DNA from: the human T2T-CHM13v2.0 reference genome, Homo sapiens
Direction: 5' to 3' (one strand)
NCBI RefSeq assembly: GCF_009914755.1
Contig: NC_060928.1
Length of the DNA stretch: 64,000 nt
The notes beneath the pieces were generated by a model. The model searched no databases. It saw only the letters and a program-made list of their open reading frames with translations, and had not been told where the DNA came from. The position numbers and the translations under genes were made by a program. Positions 11,613 through 25,742 of the stretch are shown in pieces; the stretch's first letter is position 1, and each line of letters begins with the position of its first letter.

Positions 11613-13244
11613 GAACCTTCTGCCTCTTGAAGTTCTTTTCACTGCATCTGATAGGACCTTGCCTCTTTTGTACTGTGAAACCAGTAATTGACTACAAATT
11701 GGTATCTACATTTTGGGTATTTGTATTTTGTCCTCAGTTGGCATTATTCACTCCCTTTTTATTGAGTCTCCTTTCTATCCTTTTTCTTTCTTTCCTGTGC
11801 CTATACAGACCAGAGAAAGGCAGGAATAAGAATAAGAGGAAAACCCTGAGGCCCATTTTGCTTATTTTTATTTTATGAGAAACCCAATTCTAAATCAGTT
11901 TCTCTGGAACCATGACCTACCACAGAGAAAGTAGATTAAAAAATGATTGTGGCCTCTGGGAAGAACATGTTTACTTATTCCTGGATTCAGGTCATGTTAG
12001 CGAACAAGGATTAATGGCACATCCAATTAAGGTGAGCACTAGGGATTGCACGTGAAGCATTGCTCTGACAATTACTGGCCACAGCATCTCAGCATCTCAG
12101 CTTGCCCAGGGAAGGCACTGAACAGTCCATTCTTTCCAATGAGAGAAAACCACACTTGTTATTTAACTAGGACTCTATCTGGTAATGCAGAATTTTTTAT
12201 TGCTCTTTATTAGCCTCTTGTAAGATACTACACAAATTTAAGAACTCTGAAAATTATGTGTCCGTCAGAGCATTTATTTATGCCATGTCTGTAATCTCCA
12301 AAGGGGTGCTCCTTAGTCATGCATGTGTCATGCCATGCGATTCTATGTATCCATTCAGATGTTATTGGATAAGGGTGGACAAGTGAACCAAAGGAAATCA
12401 TTGACATAGCAGAAAAGGTGACAAGACAATGCAATTTCCTTTCTCTCGAACACGAACTGAGAGGGAAGGCAGTTAATGGGTGGAAGTGGAGCAAAATTTA
12501 TAGGTTGTAAGGTAGGAAAGAGTGGAGAGACTATGAAGGGCCACTTGCAACCCAAAGATATGAACAATCAGAAACTACAAGAAAGCAGATGCAATGTTGT
12601 TGAAAGTGTGGTATATGAACATTAGTTTTGGTCTGTTAACTGTTAGTTACCAGTCTGCAATAAGCAAAGAAAAAGAGAAGAAGCTAAGCTTTTAGACTGC
12701 ATAAAAGTTTAACATTGCTGTGACATCCAAATGCATGGTTTTGTGTTTTATAAAAGTACTGGCCTATGATGGATTGAGATGTGGGGGAAGGATGTTCCTT
12801 TACTGTATATAATTTGAGAAGCACTGGATTAGAAGATGATGGAGTAGTGGATCGTGGTATAAGAAGAAGGAACCACTTAGAGAAGTGCAGAGTCATATTA
12901 ATGACTGAGTTTTAACGAAGATTTGTGAATGGCTGTTGCTGAAGCCCTTAGAACTGCCTTGATCCTCAAACCATCCCACCATCTTATCCTATTTTTCTTG
13001 GGGTCTAGTTCACGAACTTTTCTGTAATTTGAGTGAGTTTCTGTTCCTTGTAACTAAATAACCAAAGAATATAAATGGAAGAAAAAAAAGAAACATTTAC
13101 AAAGTTGTGCTGGGGGTTCTAACTTACTGTACCATAGGATCGAGGAATGTCTTTACATATTTTTTGGGTATATTAGGTTGTCATATCATTTTAAATTAGA
13201 AGTGTGTGAAGGAAACATCAGAATGAAAAAACTACTAAAAAATA

Positions 13245-14184
13245 GGATAAAAAATTTGCCAATCATGTATGTGATAAGGGGTTAGTATCTAGACTATATA
13301 AGGAACTTTTACAACTCAACAACAACAAAACAAATAGCCTGACTTAAAAATAGGCAAAGGATATGAATAGACAATTCTCTAAAGAAGATATACAAATATT
13401 TAACAAGCATATGAAAAGATGCTCAACATCACTAACATAAGAGAAATGCAAACCAGGACCATAACAAGATATTACCTCACACCCGTTAAGATGGCCACTA
13501 TCAAAAAAATAGAAAATAAAAAATGTTGCTGAGGATGCAGAGAAGTTGGAATCCTTGTGCCCTGTTGGTGGGTATGTAAAATAGAGAAGACATTATGGAA
13601 AGCAGTATAGAGGTTCTTTAAAACATTAAAAATAGAATTACCATAGATACAGCAACTATACTCTGGATATATATCCAAAAGAATTCAAAGCAAGAACTTG
13701 AAGAGATGTTTAAACAGCCATTTTACTTACATCACCATAGCCAAGAGATGGAAGTAACGCAAATGTTTATCAACAGATGAATGGATTAAAAAATGTAATA
13801 TGTACATACAATGGAATGTTGTGCAGCCTTAAAAAGGAAGGAAATTCTAAAATATGTTATAAACAGTGATGAATCTCAAAGGCATTGTGTGAAGCAAAAT
13901 ATACCAGTCACAAAAGGACAAATACTGTATGAATCTACTTACATGAGGTACATAAAGAAGTCAAGATCACAGAAGCAGAAAGTAGAAAGGTCATTGCAAA
14001 AGGCTTGGGAAGTGGGAGAGAAAATTAGTGTTAAGTGGATATAGGGTTTTAGTTTTGCAAGATAAAAAAGTTCTTGAGATCTGCTGCACAACATTGGGAA
14101 TACACTTAATATTACTGAAGTGTACACTTAAAAATGGTTGAAATGGTAAGTTTTATATATATTTTTTACTGCAATAAAAGAAAG
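13245..14184 (+). mobile_element. Old L1 (L1MB-type) ORF2 end plus 3' UTR
   Basis: Degenerate ORF2 C-terminal sequence ('gcaaaggatatgaatagacaattctctaaagaagatatacaaat') and an L1M 3' UTR ending 'caataaaagaaag'. Confidence 0.85.
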
Positions 14185-14185
14185 A

Positions 14186-14420
14186 GTCTGGGCATGGCAG
14201 TTCACATCTGTAATCCCACTTGAGGCCAGGAGTTTGAGAACAACCTAGGCAATATAGCAAAACTTCATCTATTTTAAAAATTAAGAAAGAATTAGCTGGG
14301 CATGGTTGCATGTGCTTGTCCTAGGCACTTGGGGGGCTTAGGTGGGAGGGTTGCTTGAGGCCAGGATATCAAGGTTGGAGTGAGCCCTGATGGGGGCCAG
14401 GCAGAGCAAGACCCTGTAAA
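14186..14420 (+). mobile_element. AluJ-type element with internal deletions
   Basis: Dimeric Alu, J-type 'cttgaggccaggagtttgag' and 'gcaagaccctgt'; highly diverged. Confidence 0.8.
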
Positions 14421-14545
14421 AGAAACAGAAAGAAAGAAAGAAGGAAGGAAGGAAGGAAGGAAGGAAGGAAGGAAAGGAAGGAAGGTAGGAAGGAAAAATA
14501 AATGGGGGAAGAAAAGGAGGGAAAGAAAGGAAGAAAAGAAGGAAA
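14418..14545 (+). repeat. (GAAA)/(GGAA) purine microsatellite from the Alu tail
   Basis: 8 consecutive GGAA at 14443-14474 within a longer purine-rich tract. Confidence 0.9.
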
Positions 14546-15329
14546 CTGGTGGCACAGTCATTCAGCTATTCAGGGCATATCATCAGTTTGTACTTGATCT
14601 TACCCTGAGACTGACCCCTGGAGCATCTGTGTTCCCTGGGAATATTGTAAAACTGAACAAAATATATAGCTAGGGATCCCAATCATTCTGCTGAGATTTT
14701 TTTTTTCTTTGCTAGCCTTAGTAAAAAATTGAATGCTTGGGGGTCTAGGAGTTTTTCCCAGTCTGAGACACAGAGGTGGGAGACACTGAGGAGCTCCGAG
14801 GAGCTGTCATGAAGGCATCTGATACCACAGGGTTATTCGTCACTGTGTAGCAGGTCGGTCCCAACTGTGGGGAGCCCACACAGAAGGTAGGCAATGTGTT
14901 TGACCAATGGCATGGTGGGATGGTTTGGAATGGTTCAACATGGCAGAAAGGAGTGATTAAAAAGATAATCAAGAGAGATAGTAAACACAACATCTGAAGC
15001 AGAGGGAAGCCAGGATGCAGGTGGCATCTGAAATTACTGATTGATAAGGCAATTCCATACTTCTTCCCTTCTTTGAACTAAAAAATCTGGGATATTTATA
15101 GATACCTGAGAAGGAAGAAGGGCTGACATCCTGTTAATTTTTAGGCACTGCTCTCAATCTGTTGGATCCACAATGTTTTTTAATTCAAGAACCACCTGAG
15201 TTACCATTACAATTTGTTTTGGGGGACAATGAAATATGTAGACTCAGCCAGAAAGAAGGGGGTTAGGGGACTCTTAGCTGTGGGTATGTGGATAAAGTTA
15301 AGAAGGTGAACTGAGAAATCAAACAATTG

Positions 15330-15620
15330 AGAACGACAGATGCCAGACTCAAGAGCATGAATTTATCCTATAGGCCATGAGGAGCCAATGAAGATTGCCA
15401 TGTAGTGTAATGACATAGGGGAAGAAAGATTATACAATATAGATTTAGATTTGATCCATGTGTGCAGGATGGCTTGGGGTTCATGCCAGAGGATCTGGCA
15501 TAAAACCTTGTCTAACTAATGGGGGCCTTGATCATAGATGTGAAAGAAGAATGCTAAAGAGTAGATGTGAGGGACATGAAGAAAACAAATGTTAGTAAGA
15601 TTGGGGACAGATTGGATGTC
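15330..15620 (-). mobile_element. L2 fragment
   Basis: 'atttatcctataggccatgaggagccaatgaag' and 'gattggggacagattggatgt' are typical antisense L2 motifs. Confidence 0.5.
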
Positions 15621-16292
15621 TAATTAGATGACTTACTCACTTTAATCTCTTGTATTAACTTTAATTGTTAGATACAACATATATTAAGCTACAATTCTAT
15701 TAGTTAGTACACAGAGTGAGTTAAATAGGCCATCACACATCTTTCAAGAGTTTCTAATTCAGAATAGGCAATCATAGTTTTAAAAAGCACACAAAACAAA
15801 TTATGTAAGAAAATTAATGATTAGGAAGAGTCACCTTAAAATAGTGTACATTCTGAGTTACAATACATTTTAAAGGAAATGCAGTTTTATTGATTTCAAG
15901 TTTATATAGAACTAGGAGTTCTAGGTTAATATTAAGTAGAAGAAGTTCTGTTTTATTAACAGATAACATTTTAAAAATTAATATTAGTATTAATAGGTAA
16001 AATTTTTCAAAATAATTTTTAATCATAAAATTTGTCCTATCCATTTAAAAGTTTGGGATAAATTTGGTCAGAATTTAAGAAGTTCTTTAAAATATGTAAT
16101 TATATTTGATACAAGTGTAAGATAATTTAGAAACCCAGAGAATAATATAAAATTCTGGGACTAGGATATTAACATTTCTAATGGTCTACCAAACCATCTG
16201 GGCAGCAATTCTAGAGGAGGAATTCAAGGAGTTGTTTCTGGAGTAGAAGAAGAAAAGTACTTGTAGGTTTGAGCCCGTGCCTCCTATATATT

Positions 16293-16530
16293 TGTTATGG
16301 ACTGAAATGCAACCCCACAAAATTCATATGTTGAAGCCCTGACTCAGTATGTATTTGGAAATAGGGCTTTTAAGAGAGTAATTAAGATTAAATTAGATCA
16401 TAGGTATGGGCACTAATCCAGTAGGATTGATGTCTTTATAAGAAGAGAGAGGGACACCAGAGCTCTCTCTCTTTCTGTGAGTGCACAGAGGAAAGGCCAC
16501 CTGAGAGCATGGTGAAAATGTAGCCGTCTC
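16293..16530 (+). mobile_element. MLT1A-type MaLR LTR, 5' part
   Basis: 'tgttatggactgaa...aaattcatatgttgaagccct...gtatttggaaataggg'; 3' portion absent. Confidence 0.75.
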
Positions 16531-18479
16531 AAAACAGACCAGTTCTGAACAAGATGTTAGTGGTCATTTTGGGATTTTCTCCTCATCTTTGCTAGTTGAA
16601 ATCTTAGATGGTTGAATTTACATTATAGCTTCATGAATTAATTGAACTTACTTTAATTTAAAAGAATAGTGAAACTGGCTGGTTTTCAAAGCACCTCTGA
16701 CCTCTAATATGTTCCTCTATCACGTGGACTTGTGTTGTCATAATTAAGATTTTACCACCCAGAATGGTGGGCAACACAGAGATCTGGAATATTTCTTCTT
16801 CCGTTTCTTTCTTTCTGTTTCTCTGTCTTGTATGATAGTGACGAGCGTGTACTTATGAACTTAAAAGGCATAAGGAAAAATTAATATTCACAGAAGTAGT
16901 TGAAGTATACATGCCTTAAAAAATCTGTCATATGGTTTGCAATTGTTTCTTGTATTTATTTTTAAACTTTGCATTAAAGAAGCTGACATTCCTGTGGCCT
17001 TGGAACTAGACCCCAGCTTTCCAGGAAAAGTAATTTTTTATGGCAATTAGATGGCTTAGACCAAAGCTTTTAACAACTCAGAGTCTGTCGAACAAGAAGA
17101 TATTATCTCAATTCCTTTGTTAGAAAAGAAGATTTAAATTTCATTATTACTTCTTATCCATTTGGGAAAATAATGCTTCTGGTAAAAATGCCATTATTGT
17201 GTATGTTAACATTTAAGATTTGCACATATAATTCTGTCATAACTCCTCTAAGCCTGATCAAGCCAAAAGATGAGTATTGGGAATTACTATTTAAAGAGGA
17301 ATCAGTCAGAAAAATGCCTGAGTTACATTTATTCAGATTTTAATCAATTAATTGCTCATTTAATAACTTGCTTATTTATTTTTATTTACTAGGTACCTAT
17401 ATTATACGTAACACTATGGACAAATATAATAAAAATCAAAATGTGACACTACTAGAAATAGCTTACTCTAAGTCAATTTCCTTCCAATAATTTTAGGGCA
17501 AATAGATGAATTCTGATATTTTTTGTTAAAATAACTCTTCATTTAAAACTGTTGGTGATTCTAGCCTTCTCTTGAATCTTGTTAGAAAAGGCATATGATT
17601 GTGGCTTTGAATTTAATTTTACAAAGTGAGGTTTTCCAGCTTCATAATAAACTACAGACCTCATTTCCAAGGGAATCAGTCATAAAGGATGGAGAGTAAA
17701 TATTAATGTTCCAGTTCCTAAAATGTCCTTTAGATGTCTCTGTTTCATATCTCATGTGGACCAATACAGCAGGCCACTGGGAAAGACATTGCCTGAAGCT
17801 GGCTTCCTGACAAGTTGAATTTGTCCTCAAAGGACAAACGAAGCTCTTTGAAAATAGAATTTGACAAAGTTAATGAAAGAAAAATGTAGATGATGGCATG
17901 CAAATATATCATTACTACTTCATAATATTTTTATAACCCAAAAAATCATCTATAAAGGGGAGATGTCCTTTTCTACTTAGCTTGCAGACAATTCTGTTGC
18001 ATAATATAAATTTAACACTATTTGGTTTTGTAGTGCAATCTGTGTTTTTATTAAAGCATATTCATTCAAGCTGGTCTTGAAAGAATCTTGAATGAACAGT
18101 AGAATGAAAGCTAAGATGTGATATTGATAAAAGGGGACTTAAGTAAACATCTAAATAATGTGCATTGATAAACCTTAGCCTTTCTCCCTCTTAACATACA
18201 GAAAGTGAGTAGGTGTGGCTTAGGTCCAATGGGCAGTATATTAGGGGATTTCTCTATGGAGTAGTTGATTGGCTAAAGGGAAAAGATCTACATACTCTGA
18301 GATTTCTGGGTTTTAATCACCCTACAATGAGGCCCACCAATTAAAATGTTCTGCCACCCAGACAGAGCTACTGATTGGTTATAAATTTGAATAGGTAGAC
18401 AGGGACCACTAGACATGTGAAGAAAGCATCTCATTTGAAAGTCAGAGCCAAGAGCAAGATGAAAGGAACTCAGAGGAAG

Positions 18480-19400
18480 TAAAGACAGTGTAGGAACAGA
18501 AGAAAAAAATGATAAGATAAATATCCTAGGGAATGCGGGAAATATATTTTACTTCTGAAGCAATAACAGGGAGCTATAAAAATAAAAGAATAAGAAATTC
18601 ATAAGAAAAATATTTTCAGCAGAAGTAAAAAAATTTAATAGAAATACAAAAGATAAAGTGAAGACTCTTCCAGAAAATTAGAACAAAAAGAGAAAGACAT
18701 AGCAGATAAGAAAGAAAATATTTTAAAAAAATCAGTCGACCAAATCAGGGTCAAAATGTTTAACTATTATGTTTTCAAGAAAGAGAATAAAAATCAGAGA
18801 GAGAGGGGAAAAAATCTTCAAGAAATAATGTAGGAAAACTTGTGAGTATTGAAAGCTTTGAATTTCTAGGTTGACAGCCATCTGAGTGCCCAAAAATGAA
18901 TGATAGAAAATCTGCATCAACACATAACAACATGAAATTTCAGAACCGTGAGGATAAAAAGACAACCCTAAAAGTAGCCAGGTAGAAATAACAGGTCACA
19001 TTCAAAAGATGGTACTCAAACAATGGAGAAGTCCCTTCAAACTTGTAAGGAGAAATGAATTACAACCCAGAATTACAAGCTCAGCCAAGCTATCAATCAA
19101 CTGTGAATGTAGAATGATATTTTCCAATATGTGGGATCTCAAAAAATGTGCATTCTGTTCATATTTCTCAGAACACTATTATGTACTTCATCAGAAAGAG
19201 GACCAACAAAAAGAGGAAGCCTCTGCATCCAAGTAAAAGATGCTACATGACAGGAGAGGGATAAAGGGACTATCTAAACGATGGTGCAGGGAAGTCCCAG
19301 GATGACAATTGTGTAATGAATCTGAGAACAGTCAGTTCAGGTCAGAAAAATTAGCCCAGAGAACTTCAAGTAGTATGTTTCCAAACTAAACAGAACTGAT
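18480..19400 (+). mobile_element. Ancient L1M/HAL1 ORF1-region fragment
   Basis: A-rich; residual translation 'NELQPRITSSAKLS' matches the ORF1p C-terminal 'NFQPRISYPAKLS' seen in the L1 at 50852-51193. Confidence 0.6.
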
Positions 19401-19584
19401 ACTACCCAGTGCTGCACATTTGATCGCTGAAAATTATACTTCCAACAAATCAAAGATAATCAAAATACTATTTTTGTCTTGCATCGTCCCTTTATAATTT
19501 TTCAGTGGTGGGATTTTTTTTTTACTATTTTTCTTATGAATAAATTTTCTAGAAGTCTACATAGCCAATGAGCTCACTCCTAGA

Positions 19585-19980
19585 AGCTATAGAGCCCTGG
19601 AGGCAGAAACAGACTAGCTGTTTACCAAGCCTGTTTCTTTTTCTTCTGTTGCACAAACATAGTGTTTCCCAGCTTCTCTTGCAGTTTTGCATGACCACGT
19701 AACTGAGTTCTGGACAATGCACATGTAAGAGGAAATGACATGGCACTTCAGGGCCATGGCTCATAACAAATCTTGATACAAGAGGCTTCTTGTTTTTTCT
19801 CCTATCAGATTCATGCAGAAATGAACCTAGTGGCTCCAAAAGCTGTATGTTAATGATGGTGGAACCCTAAGGTGGAAAGAGACTGGGTTTCTAAGTCACT
19901 GCTTGGCGCTTGCAGCATAGTCAACTGTGAATCAAGAACAGGCATGTCAGGTGGTAAAAAAGTATACTTCTATTGTCCTG
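19585..19980 (+). mobile_element. Old MLT1 (I/J-type) MaLR LTR
   Basis: 'tttcccagcttctcttgcag...accacgtaactgagttctggacaatg...gaggaaatgacat'. Confidence 0.55.
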
Positions 19981-21120
19981 CCATCACAGCACATCTAGCA
20001 AAACTGTCCTCTGGAGACCTGGAAGGCAAACCATGTTTCTAGTCAGCCTATGGCTTGGGAAAGGGTTTGGAAAGTCAGTCATGGGCTTTACCTTGTGTTT
20101 CCAGCAAAGTCTTACTAAAAAGGGATGAGCTTAAGAAAGACTTGGCTATTTTGAAAGCAGAAATGAAAGTGAAAAGAGAAAGACTGAAAATTTGGGCCCT
20201 TGAATTTGAGGCTTCAATCTTAGATATACTCTCAATATGTCAAATAGACTATCCAATTCCAGACCATAAATAAAACTGCATTTGGTTTAATATCCCATCT
20301 CAATGGCTCACCTGAAGTGGACCAGCTGCTTCCCGTGGAAGAGGGGCAGGTAATTTTTCTATCCTCTTGCCCACTTATATGCTACTTATAAGTTGTCATT
20401 GCTGTTGCCATGGGAATGGAGTCAGAGACTAGAAAGGCAAAGGATGCAGGGAAGTTTATGCTAGCTCTGATACTGTAAGATGGGCAGATGTCTGCAGGTG
20501 ATTTTCCCTCTTTGGGTTGCTTTGGTGGCTCTGCAGGGTCACCCCCTGTGGGGCTCATCTGGCTGCAACAACTGCAGCTCTCTAGCCCAGTGCTCAGCCC
20601 CTGGGTTTAGGGAACCACTATCCACTCTCTATTTTGGTTAGAGGCTCATTACACTTCCAGAAAGTCCTTCTTGGACAGAGCTAAAGGTGGCCCCCAGCTA
20701 GCTCTCTCCTGAGGTCCTCATCTCCTCCACCAGAAATACTTTACTGCCCAAAGAGCTCACCAGTTGCCCCTCCTGCTCCAGTAAGCCTGTCAGATGCCAG
20801 TCTTACCCTCTCTCAAGCTCCAGGAGACTTATCTCAAACTCTCCAAATTGGCCAAGTGAAGCCCTTTTTGCAAAAGATAGCACTCCATTGCTCCCCTTGG
20901 AGAAGGTGAAACTCAGTCTAGCAACACATGTAAACACACACCCCTCTTAACAAATTGTTCTCATCTCCAATATTTGGACCCTTTTGTATTCTTCAGTGGG
21001 TTTGGAACTGCCCAACTGGTTCTCTGATAGCTCCTTTGAAAATCTACATTTTGGTTTGACAATTCTCTTTGGAATTTCATATATTATATATTGTGGTGAA
21101 AGCTGAAAATTCCAATTTAA

Positions 21121-21908
21121 TGTTAATGAGGAAAAACTCACTGTTTCCTCTACTCTCAACACTTCACTTCTGACACCAAATGTGTGGGATATATTTTTCC
21201 CACAGCAATCAGTTCTCTCTGGATGCCACTTATGTGTCCTACAATTCAGTTACGGTACTATCTACCTTGCAGTTAGTGCAGACCCCATAGGTTGAAGGCT
21301 CAGTCCCACAAGACTGGGCCCCCACCCCAACCCCTCCACTTCAGATGCCAGTGGCATGGCTTGGATATCCACATTACCCATAACATTTGTCCAACTTGGC
21401 TACAAATGGAAGGTTTACACGACTTTCTCCTGAGGTTTGATATTTTGCCCTGATGGCTCACAAAACTCAGGGAAACACTCACTTATGTTCACTGCTTTAT
21501 AACAAAGGATATGATGAAAGATGCAGATGAACAGCCAGGTGAAGGCGAGGTCCTGAGCACAGGAGCCTCTGTCCCCATGATGCCAGGGTGTGCCACCCTC
21601 CTGTCCTGTGGATGTATTTACCAACCTGGAAGCTCTCCAAGCCCTGCCTTCTAGGGATTTTTTATAGAGGTTTCATCATGTAGGCATGACCAATTATTAA
21701 CCCAGTCTCCAGCTCACAGTTTGAATTATGGCTTGGTGTTTCTGGAAAACAGCCCTCATGTTGACGTTATCCAGCAGTCCGCCAAGTGTTGCCTTATTAG
21801 AATAAAGGCACTCTTATTACCCAGGAAATTCCAAGGGATTTAGGAGATCTGTGGCAGGAACAGGAGGCAGAAACCAAATGTATATTTTTTATTATGTCAC
21901 AACATCCT
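21121..21908 (-). mobile_element. MER21-type solo LTR
   Basis: 'cacttctgacaccaaatgtgtggg', 'gctcagtcccacaagactg' and 'caggaaattccaagggatttagg...tattatgtcaca' match antisense MER21. Confidence 0.8.
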
Positions 21909-22721
21909 GTTACACTGTATCAGAAAAAGTATTATACCTCTCTTGGAAGACTGAGGGAGATAATTAGTAATAGGCACAAAGAAATCAATTATATAATAAG
22001 ACTATTGAAAATTAAGCAATTTAAAATTCCACATAAACTGAAAAGTTGTATAAGAAAGGAAATTGCCTTCTTTCCCTTGCACCCCCTGCTGTACTACTAC
22101 AAGCTACTCCTTGACTCATCATTCAGGGAATGTGAGTAAAGGGGATGGGCCTCCTTACCCCTAAATATTCTTAGCAAATTAATGTGGAGGTGACAGACTC
22201 AAAAGGTGGCTTTTCTCCTACCAGGTTGCCCATCCCAAAATAATAAAAGTAGCTAAATAAAATGCATTTCTTTTTGTAATTTGGTGTCATTGTCCTTAAA
22301 AAAGTGAGGCATGGTTACTGAACTCTTTGCCCATCCCATTTCTAAAATTGAAAACCTCAATTTCAATCCTGAATCTGTTCTCTGGCTCATTCTTCCTGAC
22401 ATCTACTTATTATACAAATATAGTCAATCTTTGGCTGGTTCCATGACTGACATCTTAGAACATCAAAATTAGGAATGGTATGGCCAAATTGTCATCTTAG
22501 TCCTGAAATATGTTATAAACCAAACGTTGGAAGAGAATGAGCACATTCATAAATAAGAATGGCTAGGTCTATAAAAGTTCCCCACCTTTTTTCATCTGCA
22601 GAAAATATTTATTTTGCAGGTTAGGGTTTTCCATCCGTCAGAAAAAAAGAATGGCCATTACTGTTCTTTTCACTTCACACAGGCAGACTCATTTGCTCTA
22701 CTTTCTGTGACTATCACTGTT

Positions 22722-23025
22722 TTGTTTGTTTGTTTGTTTTGTTTTGTTTTGAGACAGAGTCTCACTCTGTTGCCCAGGCTGGAGTTCAATGGCACAATCT
22801 CGGCTCACTGCAACCTTCGCCTCCTGGGTTCAAGCAATTCTCCTCAGCCTCCCAAGTAGCTGGGAACAGGCGTGTGTCACCACGCGCAGGTAATTTTTTT
22901 GTATTTTTAGTAGACAGGGTTTCACCATGTTAGCCAGCCTGGTCTCGAACTCCTGACCTCAGGTGATCCACCCGCCTCAGCCTCCCAAAGTGCTGGGATT
23001 ACAGGCGTGAGCCACCGTGCTCGGC
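22722..23025 (-). mobile_element. AluSx-type with (GTTT)n tail
   Basis: Full dimer; perfect 14-bp TSD TGACTATCACTGTT at 22708-22721 and 23026-23039. Confidence 0.93.
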
Positions 23026-23039
23026 TGACTATCACTGTT

Positions 23040-23440
23040 AATAGCACATCTTATGCTGCACTGTAATGTTTCTGCACTGTAATGTTTGTTAATGGCATGT
23101 TTCTCACTGTAAGATAACTCCTTAAGATTAAGGCTTTTATGCATCTTCATGTTCTCATGTTTAAGAACAGTGCTTGGAACACAGATTCCATACATGTTGA
23201 ATGAATGAATAAACTATTAAATAAGTTAAAGAGCACTAGAATGAACTAATATATGATTTACATTTGTTGACATTTTGAATCTCGTAATTATTTTTGACTA
23301 TCTCCTCTACTTGGCTGTGAGTCAAAGAGCATATAAATCTTGCCTCATCTATGCCAGTAGCCTCAGCATTTAGCATTGTGCTTACTGCCTAAAATGTGAT
23401 AGTTGCTCAGTTAATGTCTTGAAAATGAAGAAATGAATGC
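23040..23440 (+). mobile_element. Two L2 3'-end fragments
   Basis: Ends 'gttgaatgaatgaat' (about 23210) and 'gaaatgaatg' (about 23438), each preceded by L2-like 'cagtgcttgg' / 'gcattgtgctt'. Confidence 0.5.
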
Positions 23441-25679
23441 ATTACATTATGAGATTTGCAAGAATAAGCTCCCTGGGTAGTCTGTGTCTTGTGTTTCATC
23501 ATGCCATGCTTGTTCTCATCTTTAGGGACTTGAAAATGTGATTGAAATTTAAAGAATATTGGTTTTGAGAGTCAATTCTCAGCTACAACGTTCACCATCT
23601 TCTGAAATACCATTTTGTCTTTTTAAGAGAATAATGTTTCTATTTCCTTTCTGTTTTTTCTTTTTTTAATGTAACCCAGATCTTCAATGAAGACCATGTT
23701 TTACAAGTACACTTAGGATAAGCCTTTTATAAAACTAGTACTTTGGCTTATAAGCCCCAGCTTCTTTGTCCAGTCAGTGCTGTTGGTGTTGGATGACTTA
23801 ACGAACAATGCCTGAGGCTTATAGATAAAAGGACTCACAGAGCAAAGTTATTACATGAGTTACCTTTCTGAATAATACCTAACTGCAGAATGTTCCTGGC
23901 ATTAAGTGAAAATAGACCAAATATTAGCATTCTCAAAGCCCTTATCTTATATGCACACATGTACTGCTCTTGTTCTAGCTGTGGTTTAGTACTGCTTGAC
24001 ATCAGTAGCATATTCAGTTCCCATTTTTAGGCAAAAAGGAACAAATCGCCCTTCCTTGTTCAAGGAAGATCAAGGCAGATCAAGTAACCAAAGATCAGCT
24101 ATCTGTTGCAAACTTTGGAACCACTGTCAGGCTTATAGTCTGCTTCTATGTACAAAGAACAAAAAACACTGGGAGGATACATTTAAAAAATCAGACTATC
24201 AGAGGTAGTTGGAAATTTAGTTTGCCCTCAGATGAAAAAAAAAAAACAATGACAAAACATTTATGTTGCAAAGCAGGAGTAAAGAAAAAAAATTTAAAAG
24301 ATAAAAACTGGCTAAATCTGTCATGCTCAATTGAGCAACAGAGCAAAATGAGATAAGCCTATTAGTGGCAGTTGAGAAAAACGGCTTTTCAAATTCAGTT
24401 TTTTTATGAGAGTAATTTAGGAAGTGTAGTTTAAGAGTCATTAAGTACAAAATACCATAAACATCAATGTGAGTTGTATTCTGCTTTTGTTTGGTTCACT
24501 GAGTGACATAGCATACCTTAAATCTGATGAAGAAGTTCCTTTGGAGGCTATAAACCGAGAGGCATTGAAGCAAACGCTGGGAGCAGCCCTGAGGAAGAAA
24601 GAGGTCCCTTAAACAGCGTTTGGCCATCTTGTTTAGAAGCTGGTGAGAGATAAGAGGAAGCCCTTACTTCCAACTCATGAATGAAGTAATACAATGAACA
24701 TTCTGGTGAGCCAGCCACCCACTTCCTGTTAAAAAAAAAAAAAAAGGGAATGTAGGCATTTGCAGTTAGCTTGTGGGGGGTGCTTTGAAGCAGGGAGGCA
24801 GGAGGGAGGAATGAAGCTTGAACCATCAAGCTGGGACAGAAGGAAATGTGAACCAAAATGCAGCTGTGAGCTCCAAGACTCCTGAGCTATTACATCAGTT
24901 ATTATGTTGGAATGGGAGGATAAAGGAAAGGCCGCCTCCCCTTGCTGCTGCTAGCCTGCAAAGTTATGAAGTGTAAAGTGTGATCCCTTGTAAATATTGG
25001 TTTGAAGGTCTCACCAACTCCAGAGAGTTTAAAAAGGAAGAAAATGCACTATAACTCTAAGATCTCAAGGGGAAAATATTTTGTCTAGTTCATGTTTGTT
25101 GAAGATTTGCTGAGCTCCAAATAGGATGACAAATTCAGCCTCTGTCTAGATACTTCCTATTTTTGACTCACTTAAGTTTATTTTGCCTTGCTGGCACCAC
25201 ACACATTACCCTTAGAATAAAGCCTCAAGCCTCAATCATTCATACTCCAGCATCCTCCTCTTTACCAATACTCCTTCTCAACCCTGAACAAAAAGATATG
25301 TCCATACCATCTACTCTAATCTTTTAGTAGCCACAGAGTTGCTCTGAAAATTGGCCATGGTTGTCTCACCTTGAAGCCTGTGCTTCTTAATGTGTCCCCA
25401 TCTGGACATCCAATTACACCTCAAGATTCAACAACATTGAGCTGGGCCTCTAATGTTTGGGAGAGTTCCCTTCTCCACAGTCTTCTCCAGCTCCTCCAGC
25501 TCACAGCCTCTTTCTCTAAATCTCTGGCCTTCGACCTGCACTCTGAGGCAGCCATACCTGCTGTCCACTGTTACAGGTTTTCTCAACTATCATCTCCTCT
25601 CCCTGACTGTAGATTCCATTGTATCCATCACAGGGTTTTATTTGTTTTCTGGAATTTTTATGTGTTGTGTGGCAATGTG

Positions 25680-25742
25680 TCTTCTCTCTCTCACTCTTTC
25701 TCTGCCTACACACACACAAACACACACATATACACACGCATA
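25680..25742. repeat. (CT)n/(CA)n imperfect microsatellite
   Basis: 'tcttctctctctcactctttctctgcctacacacacacaaacacacacatatacacacgca'. Confidence 0.8.

Noticed and set aside
12610-13070. Possible hAT-Charlie end ('ttgagaagcactg') and MLT1 3' fragment
   Set aside because: Too diverged to delimit or name without an alignment.
14292-14673. Lys/Glu/Arg-rich and Phe/Leu/Ser-rich ORFs
   Set aside because: Translations of a GGAA/GAAA microsatellite and Alu.
20280-21080. GC-richer block that may be an old LTR or enhancer
   Set aside because: I could not assign a family, termini or motif cluster with confidence.
24200-25000. Unique-looking sequence that could be a conserved enhancer
   Set aside because: Conservation cannot be judged from one sequence and no distinctive structure is visible.
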